Source of the DNA: an uncultured Clostridia bacterium
GTDB lineage: Bacteria > Bacillota > Clostridia > TANB77 > CAG-508
Direction of reading: 5' to 3'
Length of the DNA: 64,000 nt
NCBI GenBank assembly: GCA_944386195.1
Contig: CALXAD010000002.1
Coordinates: forward strand, 12,946 to 76,945
Position 1 is the first letter of the stretch; each line of letters opens with the position of its first letter. Made by a program: the position numbers and the translations under genes. Below the pieces are notes generated by a model, which was not told the DNA's origin, made no database searches, and saw only the letters and a program-made list of their open reading frames with translations. Shown one piece after another: positions 20,106 through 29,567 of this stretch.

Positions 20106-20310
20106 ACCTTTAAAAGCCTATTTTAAGTAATTCAAATAAATTAAACGATAAAAAAATTACCAATAAAATAAAAAAAGCCTTAAAATCGATTTTAAGAATT
20201 AGTAAGAGATTATATTTTTTAGGTATAATCTCTATTAATTTTGAAAGTAAAATTATTAAAAAATAATAGGTAGGAGTTATTTATTAAGTTAAAAAAAGGA
20301 GTAAACTATT

Positions 20311-21135
20311 ATGGAAAACAATTTACCAAGTAGTTATTATGCAATAATACCAGCATATATTAGGTACAATAAAGAATTAAAATTTGCAGAAAGGTTAATG
20401 TATGGAGAAATAACAGCATTAAGCAATAAAGAAGGATATTGTTTTGCAAGTAACAGATATTTTGCTGATTTATATGGAGTAAGTCAAAGCACAATATCAA
20501 GATGGATTTCACATTTAGCAGAATTGGGAAGTTTACACGTAGAGATAATAAGAAATGATAAAAAAGAAATTGTTGAAAGAAGAATTTATGTTGTAGATAA
20601 CCCCTATATGCAAAATAATCAATACCCCTATGTGCAAAATAGTACATACCCTATATGCAGAAAGAGCAAAGATAATATTATAAATAATAATATGTTAGAT
20701 AGTTTTTTTAATTATATTATAAATAAAGAAAAGAAAATTCCAAAAGAGTTTGAAAATTTAGAATCACAGATATTGGAGGTACTAGAAAATTATGAAATGA
20801 TTTTTACAGAAGAAATACTAAAATATATGAGAACGGAAAATATTGAGAAAGTAAAAGTGATAAGTTATTCATTAGCATTAACAGTAAAAGAAAACGTGAG
20901 CCATTTATTATATAAAATGAATAGAGAACAGATAATTAGTCTTTATGATGAATGTAAATTACGAGAATCACAAAATAAAGATACAGATAATGAAATTATT
21001 AATTTTACAAATTATTATTATAAAAGTTTAAAAGGTCAACTTCTAAGGGGCAAGAGCCCCTCTTTTTTTATGCCTAAAAATAAGTTAGAAGAAAATAAAT
21101 CATCTGAAGAAGATGAAGAAGGAGAGGAATTATAA
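20311..21135 (+). CDS. HTH-domain replication-initiator/replisome-organizer-like protein, acidic C-tail
   Basis: N-terminus ..YAIIPAYIRYNKELKFAERLMYGEITALSNKEGYCFASNRYFADLYGVSQSTISRWISHL.. resembles plasmid/phage replication HTH domains. Ends SSEEDEEGEEL. Confidence 0.5.
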   Translation: MENNLPSSYYAIIPAYIRYNKELKFAERLMYGEITALSNKEGYCFASNRYFADLYGVSQSTISRWISHLAELGSLHVEIIRNDKKEIVERRIYVVDNPYMQNNQYPYVQNSTYPICRKSKDNIINNNMLDSFFNYIINKEKKIPKEFENLESQILEVLENYEMIFTEEILKYMRTENIEKVKVISYSLALTVKENVSHLLYKMNREQIISLYDECKLRESQNKDTDNEIINFTNYYYKSLKGQLLRGKSPSFFMPKNKLEENKSSEEDEEGEEL

Positions 21136-21137
21136 AT

Positions 21138-21410
21138 TTGAGATATGTAAGATTTAATTTTATAGATGAAACATTTGGAGAAGAAGTAGAGTGTTTACTT
21201 ATTTGGGATGATGAAGAATTTATCATTGTTACATTAGACGAAGAAGAAATAAAAATAAAGAAATATAAAGATATGCAAGAGTTACTTGTAGAATTTTTGA
21301 CAAATAAAAATGAACTAGAGTTTTTAAGAAGTTTAACTATAGAACAGGAAAAAGATATAGATGAATTGGAGGAAAAAATAAAATGGATGGAAAATAAAGA
21401 AAAACACTAA
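21138..21410 (+). CDS. hypothetical protein (TTG start)
   Basis: 90-aa ORF, 2 nt after the preceding stop. Confidence 0.4.
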   Translation: MRYVRFNFIDETFGEEVECLLIWDDEEFIIVTLDEEEIKIKKYKDMQELLVEFLTNKNELEFLRSLTIEQEKDIDELEEKIKWMENKEKH

Positions 21411-21433
21411 AATTTAAAGGAGAAAATTTATTT

Positions 21434-21760
21434 ATAGAAGTTTCACAATATAGAAGTAATGGAAGAATAGCAATTTTATCATATACAGAAGAAGAACCAT
21501 ATTCAGACATAACTATTAATTTGCCAGGAATGTGCTTAGATGAAGATGAGGGTGCTATTAATTCATTAGCAAAAAGTTGTGGACTGGAAAAAGCATTAAT
21601 AAAAAATGGAATTATCAAAGAAGTATATGGAAATGCAAAATATAATATGGGAACTTATGACATAGTTGCTTTTGACTTAGAAGAATTAAGAAAATATGAT
21701 CCAGAAGGTATTAAAAAACTTGAAGAAAGTTTAGAACAAGATGAGGAAGAAATGGAATAA
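21434..21760 (+). CDS. DUF4313-like protein, acidic C-tail, start codon unresolved
   Basis: ..VSQYRSNGRIAILSYTEEEPYSDITINLPG.. lies upstream of the first ATG (21521) in the same open frame. AAAGGAG at 21415-21421. No ATG/GTG/TTG between 21398 and 21520. Ends EQDEEEME. Confidence 0.5.
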   Translation: MEVSQYRSNGRIAILSYTEEEPYSDITINLPGMCLDEDEGAINSLAKSCGLEKALIKNGIIKEVYGNAKYNMGTYDIVAFDLEELRKYDPEGIKKLEESLEQDEEEME

Positions 21761-21947
21761 AAATAATAAAGGAGTTTAAGATATGTGTAAGGTTCTGAAA
21801 CATATTGTGAAATTAAATAGAGTAAGATTATGGGAGAAACTTTTGCAATGGCAAAGAGATTCTCCTTTTCATTTTAAAGTGAATTTAACTATATATGATT
21901 TAGAAAGAAGATTTACAAAAGAAAATTAATAAAGGAGTACACGAAAG

Positions 21948-22496
21948 ATGAAAGTTGATATATACAATACAGATAAAAAATATAGCATAATTTATGCTGA
22001 TCCGCCCTGGCATTATAGAACTTGGAGAGATGGAAATGGAACAGCAAATAGACATTATCCAACAATGAAAATAGAAGAAATAGTTGAAATGAAAGACACA
22101 ATCCAGAAAATATCTGAAAAAGACTGTGTTCTTTTTTTATGGGTTACTTTTCCTTGTCTATTAGAGGGAATTAAAACAATTAAAGAATGGGGATTTAAGT
22201 ATAAGACTTGTGGATTTACTTGGGTAAAAAGAAATAAAGTAAGTGATACCTGGTTTTTTGGACTAGGACATTGGACCAGAGCTAATGCAGAAATATGTTT
22301 AATTGCAACACGAGGACATATAAAAAGAATTTCTAATAAAGTTTCACAAGTAGTAGACACACATATTCAAGAACATAGTAAAAAGCCAGATATTGTACGA
22401 GATAGAATTGTAGAACTTATTGGAGATTTACCTCGCATTGAACTTTTTGCAAGACAAACTGCAGAAGGTTGGGATTGTTGGGGAAATGAAGTTTAA
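21948..22496 (+). CDS. MT-A70 family DNA N6-adenine methyltransferase (orphan)
   Basis: DPPW motif (IIYADPPWHY); size typical of MT-A70. Confidence 0.8.
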   Translation: MKVDIYNTDKKYSIIYADPPWHYRTWRDGNGTANRHYPTMKIEEIVEMKDTIQKISEKDCVLFLWVTFPCLLEGIKTIKEWGFKYKTCGFTWVKRNKVSDTWFFGLGHWTRANAEICLIATRGHIKRISNKVSQVVDTHIQEHSKKPDIVRDRIVELIGDLPRIELFARQTAEGWDCWGNEV

Positions 22497-22522
22497 AACA
22501 AAAGAAAAGGAGATATATACAA

Positions 22523-24011
22523 ATGATAAGATTATTAAGTTTATTTACAGGAATTGGGGCATTTGAAAAAGCACTAAGAAATTTGAATGTACCTTATGAA
22601 TTAGTAGGATTTAGTGAAATAGATAAATTCGCAATAAAATCATACTGTGCGATCCATAATGTAGACGAAAACAAGAATTTAGGTGATGTGAAAAATATTA
22701 GCACTAAGAACTTAAAAGCAATAGATTTTATGACTTGGGGATTTCCTTGCCAAGATGTTAGTATTGCAGGACATTTAAAAGGAATAGAAAAAGGCAAAAC
22801 AAGAAGTGGTCTATATTTTGAAGGGTATAGAATATTAAAAGATGTCAAACCAAAAATAAGCATTATAGAAAATGTAAAAAATCTAACAAGTAAAAGATTT
22901 AGAGAAAAGTTTGCAATGATATTAAAAGACATAGAAGATGCAGGATATAATAACTACTGGAGAGTGCTAAATTCAAAAGATTATGGTGTTCCACAGAATA
23001 GGGAAAGGGTATTTGTAGTATCTATTAGAAAAGATATTGACAAATGCTCTTTTAATTTTCCAGATAAACAATTTTTAGAAATAAGATTAAAAGATTTATT
23101 AGAAGATAATGTAGAAGATAAATATTACTTATCAGACAAGGCAATAGGTAGATTAATAAGACATTCCAATAGAGTAATAAGAAAACAAGAAAATCCAAAT
23201 ATAAGTGGTTGTTTAGTTGCTGGTTACTTTAAAATGGGAGGAAGGGATCAGCAATACATAAGAGATAATGTGAATAGAATTGCAGGAATATTTGATGAAG
23301 AAAATAAAAGACATCAAGCAGGAAGTATTTATGATAAAAATGGAATAGCACCTACTCTAACAAGAGCAAGTGGAGGTCATGTGCAACCACATATCTTAGT
23401 TAATGAAGGAACTAAAAAAGGTTATACAGAAGCATACGAGGGAGATTCAATAAATGTTTCTTATCCAAATAATATAAAAAAAAGAGGCAGAGTTGGAAAA
23501 CAAGTATCACAAACAATACTTGCAAGTAATGTAAATATGGGTACTGTAGAAAAGACAGATAAATTATTATGTTTAAATAATCAAGATGGAAAAACAAGTA
23601 TTCAAGATAGAGTTTATAATACACGAGGAATAATGCCAACAGTTACAGCAGGAAACTTTAAATCAAATATTGCAGAAGAAACAAATAATATAATGTTTAA
23701 CCCTTATAACAATACAAAAATAGAAAATATAGCACCTACTCAAACAGGAAATTGTGGAAATATCAATTCAAGTGCAGCTGTTTTAATAACAGAAGATGGA
23801 AAACACTTTTTTAGAATTAGAAAATTAACTCCAAAGGAATGTTGGAGGCTTATGCGGATTTTCAGACCAAGATTTTGAAAAAGCAAAAGCAGTACCAACA
23901 TCAGATACACAACTATACCGTCAGGCTGGAAACTCTATAGTTGTAAATGTATTAATGGGAATATTTAAAGAATTAATATTTGGAGATTGTATAAATGACA
24001 AATTTATATAA
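22523..24011 (+). CDS. DNA (cytosine-5) methyltransferase with a long variable region, interrupted at one in-frame CGG
   Basis: Motifs FTGIGAFE (I), GFPCQDVS (IV), ENV (VI) and QNRERVF (VIII). Skipping the C of CGG 23855-23857 restores ..ECWRLMGFSDQDF...YRQAGNSIVVNV (IX-X). Stop at 24009-24011. Confidence 0.85.
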
Positions 24012-24723
24012 TGCCGATTGTTTAGAAAAAATGAAAGAAATTCCAGCCAAGAGTATAGATATGATTTTATGTGATCCACCATACGGACTAACAAGGTGTA
24101 AATGGGACAAAAAGATAAACTTAAAACAAATGTGGGAACAATATGAACGAATCATAAAAGATAATGGTGTAATATGTTTATTTGCACAAACTAAATTTTA
24201 TTATGAATTAATTAAAAGCAATGAGAAACTGTTTAGATATGATTTAATATGGGATAAAGTTTTAGTTACAGGCTTTTTAAATGCAAATAGGCAACCACTT
24301 AGGAGGCACGAGCAAATTGCTATTTTTTACAAAAAACAACCCAAATATAACCCACAAATGAGAACAGGTAAACCATTGCATGCAAAAGGAAATATAAAAT
24401 TAGAAAAAATAAAAAAGAATAATGTATATGATAATTTTCATGCTACGCCAGATTTAAGAAAAGGTAGTACAGAAAAGTATCCTACAAGCATATTAAAATT
24501 TCAAAAATTACATTCAAGTCAAATGGTATATCCAACGGAAAAACCTATAGAATTGTTAGAATATTTGATTAAGACTTATACAGATGAAAATGATTTAATA
24601 CTTGATAATTGTATGGGGTCAGGTACAACAGGACTTGCTTGTAAAAATACTAATCGAAATTTTATTGGTATAGAAATAGATGAAAAAGCATTTGAAATTG
24701 CTAAAAAAAGATTAGAAATGTAA
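23995..24723 (+). CDS. DNA methylase N-4/N-6 (orphan)
   Basis: DPPYG motif (ILCDPPYG) and C-terminal SAM-binding DNCMGSGTTG. Confidence 0.85.
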   Translation: MTNLYNADCLEKMKEIPAKSIDMILCDPPYGLTRCKWDKKINLKQMWEQYERIIKDNGVICLFAQTKFYYELIKSNEKLFRYDLIWDKVLVTGFLNANRQPLRRHEQIAIFYKKQPKYNPQMRTGKPLHAKGNIKLEKIKKNNVYDNFHATPDLRKGSTEKYPTSILKFQKLHSSQMVYPTEKPIELLEYLIKTYTDENDLILDNCMGSGTTGLACKNTNRNFIGIEIDEKAFEIAKKRLEM

Positions 24724-24736
24724 AGGAGATTCCATT

Positions 24737-25300
24737 ATGCAAAATTCAGAAAAAGAAACATATAAAGATTATTTAGTAAGAAAGGTAACAGAAGAAATAA
24801 GCAATGTATTTAAACAGAAAATGGATGAAACAAAAAAAGAGTTACTTGAAATAAATTATAAAGTTAGTTTAGAAAATACAGAAGAAATACTAAAAAATTA
24901 CAAGAAGCTAAAAGACCATATAACTTTAACAAAACAAGAAAAAGATGAATTATTGGGAGTAACAAAAGAATATCAAGATAAACAAATAGAAAGTATTATG
25001 ACAGGACTATTTTCAGAGGATGAATTGTATTTAGAAAGTTTATTAAAAAGTAGATGTAAAACTAAAATGTTTATGGATTTTATAGATGGAATATTAGAAG
25101 GATATTTAAAAAATAAAAGTAATGACAAAATAGAAATTAGAAAAAGGAATATATTAAAACATTTATATATTGATGGTATGAAACAATCAGAATTTATTTA
25201 TAAATATTACGAGGTAGATAGAACTTTTTATTCAGATAAGGATAGATTAATAAAGGATCTAGCACCTTATTTTTTTGGCATAAAAGGAATCAATATATAG
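24737..25300 (+). CDS. hypothetical protein (possible sigma-70 region-4-like C-terminus)
   Basis: 187-aa ORF. The C-terminal ..LKHLYIDGMKQSEFIYKYYEVDRTFYSDKDRLIKDL.. resembles an HTH. Weak call. Confidence 0.3.
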   Translation: MQNSEKETYKDYLVRKVTEEISNVFKQKMDETKKELLEINYKVSLENTEEILKNYKKLKDHITLTKQEKDELLGVTKEYQDKQIESIMTGLFSEDELYLESLLKSRCKTKMFMDFIDGILEGYLKNKSNDKIEIRKRNILKHLYIDGMKQSEFIYKYYEVDRTFYSDKDRLIKDLAPYFFGIKGINI

Positions 25301-25315
25301 AATTAAGAGTTTATT

Positions 25316-25427
25316 ACAAAATTTCTAAAAGGCAGGAAAGAGATACAGAGTGTATCTCGTAAACACATAGAAAAACAAGTTTTCTAGTCCTCTGCAAATG
25401 GCAAAAATATACAGAGAAAATGCAGAG
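25316..25427. repeat. left arm of a ~110-bp inverted repeat
   Basis: Reverse complement of 26830-26940. A core of about 73 nt (25327-25399) is identical; the flanks have 4 mismatches plus one small offset. Contains the inner palindrome GAGATAC-AGAGT-GTATCTC (25340-25358). Confidence 0.85.
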
Positions 25428-25487
25428 AATTAGAAATAGGGAAGTATTGAAATTTCAACAAAAGATTAAGATTATCAATGGAGGAAT

Positions 25488-25682
25488 ATGCCTATGGGAA
25501 GAAAAAATAGAAGGAAAAGACCAAATATAACTAAGCACTTATGTATTTATGGACGACTGTCAAGAAAAAGTAATTCAGTTGCCTATTGTAAATTACATAA
25601 GTGCTTTTTAGAACCAAAAGATATAGCAGAAAAGAAATGCAATTACAAAAGATGCATACATAAACAAGAACTACAAAAGTAA
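25488..25682 (+). CDS. small basic Cys-containing protein
   Basis: 64 aa, Arg/Lys-rich N-terminus with scattered Cys/His. RBS GGAGGA upstream. Confidence 0.4.
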   Translation: MPMGRKNRRKRPNITKHLCIYGRLSRKSNSVAYCKLHKCFLEPKDIAEKKCNYKRCIHKQELQK

Positions 25683-25697
25683 AGGAGAAATGAAAAT

Positions 25698-26819
25698 ATG
25701 GAAACAAATCAGTTATTAATTAATTATTACAAAAAAGAAGAAGTAAAAAAAGCTAAACAAAGAAGGCAAGAAGGTTGCACTTTAAAAGAAATTATTAGAT
25801 TAGCAAATAAAGAATATATTTCAATAGAAGAAATAAAACAAGCGTTAGGTATAGATGAAGATGAAATAGAAGAACATCAAGAAGTAGAACAAGAAGAACA
25901 CAAAGTTGATGAATATGATGAAATAGTTGAAGATAATATAGAAAACAATGAACAAGAAAATAATGTTAAAGTTGTTATGATAGCAGAAGAAAAATTAGAA
26001 GATTATCCAAACCAACCTTTTAAACTATATAGTGATGATAAAAAGAGAGAAATGATAGAAAGCATTAAAATAAATGGAATTATGCAACCTCTTATAGTTA
26101 GACCAATAGGAGAAAATAAATATCAAATACTTGCAGGACATAATCGTAGAAACTGTGCAAAAGAAATTGGTTTAACAGAATTACCTTGTATTATAAAAGA
26201 AAATCTAACAGATGATGAAGCAAAAATTTATTTAATAGATACAAATTTATGCACAAGAGATAATATTTCTCCAATGGAAAGAGCCAGAGCTTATAGAATT
26301 AAATATGATACATATAAAAAAAGAAATATTAAAACCTCTGTATTAGAAGAAGTTAGAAAAGATAATTATGGAATGGCTAGGTCTATGATGATTAAAGAAG
26401 AAAAATCAAGTAATGGAACAATACAAAGATATTTAAGATTAACATATTTAATTCCAGAATTACAGGAAGCAATAGATAATGACAAGATAAAGATTAATAC
26501 AGGTGAAAAATTAAGTTTCTTGCCAAAACAAGAACAACATTGTATTGCAGAATTATTAGAAGAAAATATAAAAATATCAGATAATACAGCTAAAAGAATA
26601 AGACAAAAGTCAGAACGATGTAGAACAGAAGATATATATCATTATTTAAACAAAGAAGAAATTAAAGATATTGTTAGCAAAAAAGATGAATTTATACAAG
26701 AGGCAATAAAGGTTACTTTTTATAGAAATGAAATTGAAAAATATTTTGAAAATAGAAGAACTGAAAGTCAGATAAAACAATATATATTTGATAAATTAGA
26801 GAAAATTGAAATATCCTAA
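25698..26819 (+). CDS. ParB/Srx-like nuclease domain protein
   Basis: ..IMQPLIVRPIGENKYQILAGHNRRNCAKEIGLTELPCII.. is the ParB N-terminal domain with the GHxRR box. Confidence 0.75.
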   Translation: METNQLLINYYKKEEVKKAKQRRQEGCTLKEIIRLANKEYISIEEIKQALGIDEDEIEEHQEVEQEEHKVDEYDEIVEDNIENNEQENNVKVVMIAEEKLEDYPNQPFKLYSDDKKREMIESIKINGIMQPLIVRPIGENKYQILAGHNRRNCAKEIGLTELPCIIKENLTDDEAKIYLIDTNLCTRDNISPMERARAYRIKYDTYKKRNIKTSVLEEVRKDNYGMARSMMIKEEKSSNGTIQRYLRLTYLIPELQEAIDNDKIKINTGEKLSFLPKQEQHCIAELLEENIKISDNTAKRIRQKSERCRTEDIYHYLNKEEIKDIVSKKDEFIQEAIKVTFYRNEIEKYFENRRTESQIKQYIFDKLEKIEIS

Positions 26820-26829
26820 GGTTAGGATA

Positions 26830-26940
26830 TTTCTGCATTTCCTCTGCATATTTTTGCTATTTGCAGAGGACTAGAAAACTTGTTTTTCTATGTGTTTACG
26901 AGATACACTCTGTATCTCTTTCCTGCCTTTTGAAAATTTT
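26830..26940. repeat. right arm of the ~110-bp inverted repeat (candidate oriT/promoter region of the relaxosome operon)
   Basis: See 25316-25427. Lies about 40 nt upstream of the operon containing the RHH protein and the relaxase. Confidence 0.85.
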
Positions 26941-26977
26941 ATAGCAAAACCAATTTTTATATAAGGAGAATTTTATA

Positions 26978-27379
26978 ATGAAAGATAAAATAGAAATAAA
27001 TAAAATAGAAGTTAACAAAGAAAACCAATTAGATGATTTATATAATAATAGTGCTTTCACATTAGAAGGATTTGATACCTCAAAAGAAAATATAGATAAA
27101 TTAATAGAATGGATAGACCAATGTGGAGGAGTTAAAAATCCAGTTTCTATATATATCACAAAAGGTTCATTTATGAATAACAAATATGGACTAACAAAAG
27201 ATAATGCCTATCCAGAAGATTTGAACATAGTAAGTATAAAATTAGAAGATATAAAAAATATATTTAGATTATCAGTTGCAAGGTTTGAAATTGGTGCAAG
27301 GTGGTTTAGTGATATTGTAGATAATAATATAGAAAGGCAAAATCAAATAAATGGAATTGAGGATGAAGAAGAATTTTAG
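26978..27379 (+). CDS. hypothetical protein, acidic C-tail
   Basis: 133-aa ORF with RBS AAGGAGAA. Ends GIEDEEEF. Confidence 0.5.
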   Translation: MKDKIEINKIEVNKENQLDDLYNNSAFTLEGFDTSKENIDKLIEWIDQCGGVKNPVSIYITKGSFMNNKYGLTKDNAYPEDLNIVSIKLEDIKNIFRLSVARFEIGARWFSDIVDNNIERQNQINGIEDEEEF

Positions 27380-27394
27380 AAGGAGTAATTGCTT

Positions 27395-27865
27395 ATGAAA
27401 GATAAAGAGGAAGAAGCTAAAAAGCAAACAAAAAGTGAAAAAGTATATGCAGTAATACCGAAAACTTTAAAAGAAAAAGTAGTAAGATATAAAGCCAAAA
27501 CTAATATGAGTGAAAGTGAAATTGTAAATGTCGCATTAAATGAATTTTTTAAAGTAAAGATGTTAAAGGAAGATGTAGATGATATAACAGAAATAATGGC
27601 AAAAGCAATAGAAAAACAATTAGGAAAAAGATTTGAAAGAACAATAGCTTTACAAGCTAAAAATGCAAAGGCATCATATTCTTCTTTATTTTTGCAAGCA
27701 TATTTTTTATCAAAGATATGCGAATCAGAAAATAGTAAAGAGTTCTTAAAAGAAAAAATAGAATTAGCAAATAAATTAGCTTATGGAGTAGTTAAAAATA
27801 AATTTTTAGATGAGGACATTAGACAAATGATACCAGATGATTTGAATTTTGATAATATTATGTAG
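27395..27865 (+). CDS. ribbon-helix-helix relaxosome accessory-like protein
   Basis: ..VYAVIPKTLKEKVVRYKAKTNMSESEIVNVALNEFF.. is an RHH (CopG-like) fold pattern. Sits directly upstream of the relaxase. Confidence 0.55.
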   Translation: MKDKEEEAKKQTKSEKVYAVIPKTLKEKVVRYKAKTNMSESEIVNVALNEFFKVKMLKEDVDDITEIMAKAIEKQLGKRFERTIALQAKNAKASYSSLFLQAYFLSKICESENSKEFLKEKIELANKLAYGVVKNKFLDEDIRQMIPDDLNFDNIM

Positions 27866-27874
27866 GAGTAATAA

Positions 27875-29557
27875 ATGGAAGTAGATAAATACAAGGGTGG
27901 AGTTATTTTTAAATGGTTAAATAAGAATGAAATTTATAATAAATACAATGGTAAAGGAAAACCACAAAATTTACAATCATATATAGATAAGTTACATACT
28001 GGATATATTGCAACGAGAAGTGGCGTAGATAAGGGAATAGATACTCATGGATTATTTGGTAATATTTTAGATACAGAAGAAGTAGAAATGTTAGAGTTAG
28101 AAACAATAAAAAATTATATTCAAAGTGTATCAAATAAGAATATAGATATATTTAAAACAGTAATATCATTAAAAGAAGAAGATGCCTTACAGTATGGATA
28201 TATGAATAAAAAAGCATGGAAAGATTTATTGCAAGAAAGAATTTTTGAAATATCAAAAGCATTTAAAATACCTTTAAATGATATGGAATGGGTTGCAGCT
28301 TTTCACGCAAAAAAAGGAAGACCGCATTGTCATTTAATCATCTGGAATAAGAGCCAAGACTTATCTGTAAGAAGAAAACCATACATTTTTTTTAATAAAG
28401 TAAAAACAGCTATTGCAAAAGGAGTATTTAAGGAAGAATTAGAAGCAATGTATAATATAAAAGATGTTTCAAAAGAACAGGTAGGAAAATTATCAAAAGA
28501 AGAGTTTGAAAAATATAAGGAAAATGTTAAAAAATTATATAATAACAAAGATTTAATGTTAAGAGCAGTAGAAACAGATGAAACAGAAAATTTTTTAAAT
28601 AAAGCATTAGAAAATATGAAAATAAATGAAACTATTTATATAGTTAATAATTCTGATCCAAAAAATTTTACAGAAATTATAAGAAAAGATGATAGTAAGT
28701 TTGAATTTAAAAACATAGGAGAAAAAGCAATATTATATAAAGATAATACATACTTTGAAGCGGTAACATTTCTTAGTAAATTTAGTAATTTAAAAGTAAT
28801 AAATACAAAAGAAGATTTACAGGATTTTTTAGATAAAAAACAAGAAGAATTTGAACAAATAGAATCAGAACTAAAAGAAATTATGCCTAGTGTATTTAAT
28901 ACACCAATAATATCAAACGATATAAAAGAAGAAAATATAGAACAAATCATTAATAAAATAGCAAAGTTAGAAAAAATATCTAACTCATACCAAAGAGGAT
29001 TTATATATCAATACCAAGAACCAAAAGCAAAAAGAATAATAAATGAAATTTCTTTACTATTATTAAATTCAAATGATGATTGTAAAAATAAATTTACAAC
29101 ATACATAGATACTTGTGTGAAAATAGATAAAGTTTTACAAAAAATAAATACATATAAGGACTATGAAAAATCAAAAAACACAGCAAGATATGAAATGCTG
29201 AAAAAAATTGGAAATCAACTATTAAAATTTATAAAAGAAACTAAAACTGAAGAATATGCAAGAAAAAAACAAGAATGGCTTGAAAGAAAAGAATATTGGA
29301 ATCAAAGAAATCAGGAATTTCAAGAAGCAAAAGGAGAATTTGAGGCAAGGCAAGAATTGTATGAAAAGCAATTACAAGAAATAAATATAAGAAATTTAAT
29401 ACAAGATGCATATAAAATGTTATCTGAAGAAAATATAGCAAAATTTCAAAAATATAAAAGAGCAACTAAAACTTTTGGAGATTTATCAAAAAGGGAAATA
29501 AAAGAGCTAATGAGAAAAAACAAAGATGCTGGAATAGACTGGTATCACGAAATGTGA
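27875..29557 (+). CDS. conjugative relaxase, MOBL-like
   Basis: N-terminus ..HTGYIATRSGVDKGIDTHGLFGNI.. and His cluster ..FHAKKGRPHCHLIIWN.. resemble the Firmicute MOBL (pLS20 Rel) family. Long coiled-coil C-terminus. Confidence 0.7.
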   Translation: MEVDKYKGGVIFKWLNKNEIYNKYNGKGKPQNLQSYIDKLHTGYIATRSGVDKGIDTHGLFGNILDTEEVEMLELETIKNYIQSVSNKNIDIFKTVISLKEEDALQYGYMNKKAWKDLLQERIFEISKAFKIPLNDMEWVAAFHAKKGRPHCHLIIWNKSQDLSVRRKPYIFFNKVKTAIAKGVFKEELEAMYNIKDVSKEQVGKLSKEEFEKYKENVKKLYNNKDLMLRAVETDETENFLNKALENMKINETIYIVNNSDPKNFTEIIRKDDSKFEFKNIGEKAILYKDNTYFEAVTFLSKFSNLKVINTKEDLQDFLDKKQEEFEQIESELKEIMPSVFNTPIISNDIKEENIEQIINKIAKLEKISNSYQRGFIYQYQEPKAKRIINEISLLLLNSNDDCKNKFTTYIDTCVKIDKVLQKINTYKDYEKSKNTARYEMLKKIGNQLLKFIKETKTEEYARKKQEWLERKEYWNQRNQEFQEAKGEFEARQELYEKQLQEINIRNLIQDAYKMLSEENIAKFQKYKRATKTFGDLSKREIKELMRKNKDAGIDWYHEM

Positions 29558-29567
29558 GGAGATAGAA

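Noticed and set aside
25316-26940. The inverted-repeat-bracketed cassette as an insertion sequence or composite transposon
   Set aside because: There is no transposase or recombinase inside, only a small basic protein and a ParB-nuclease-domain protein. No flanking direct target duplication was noticed.
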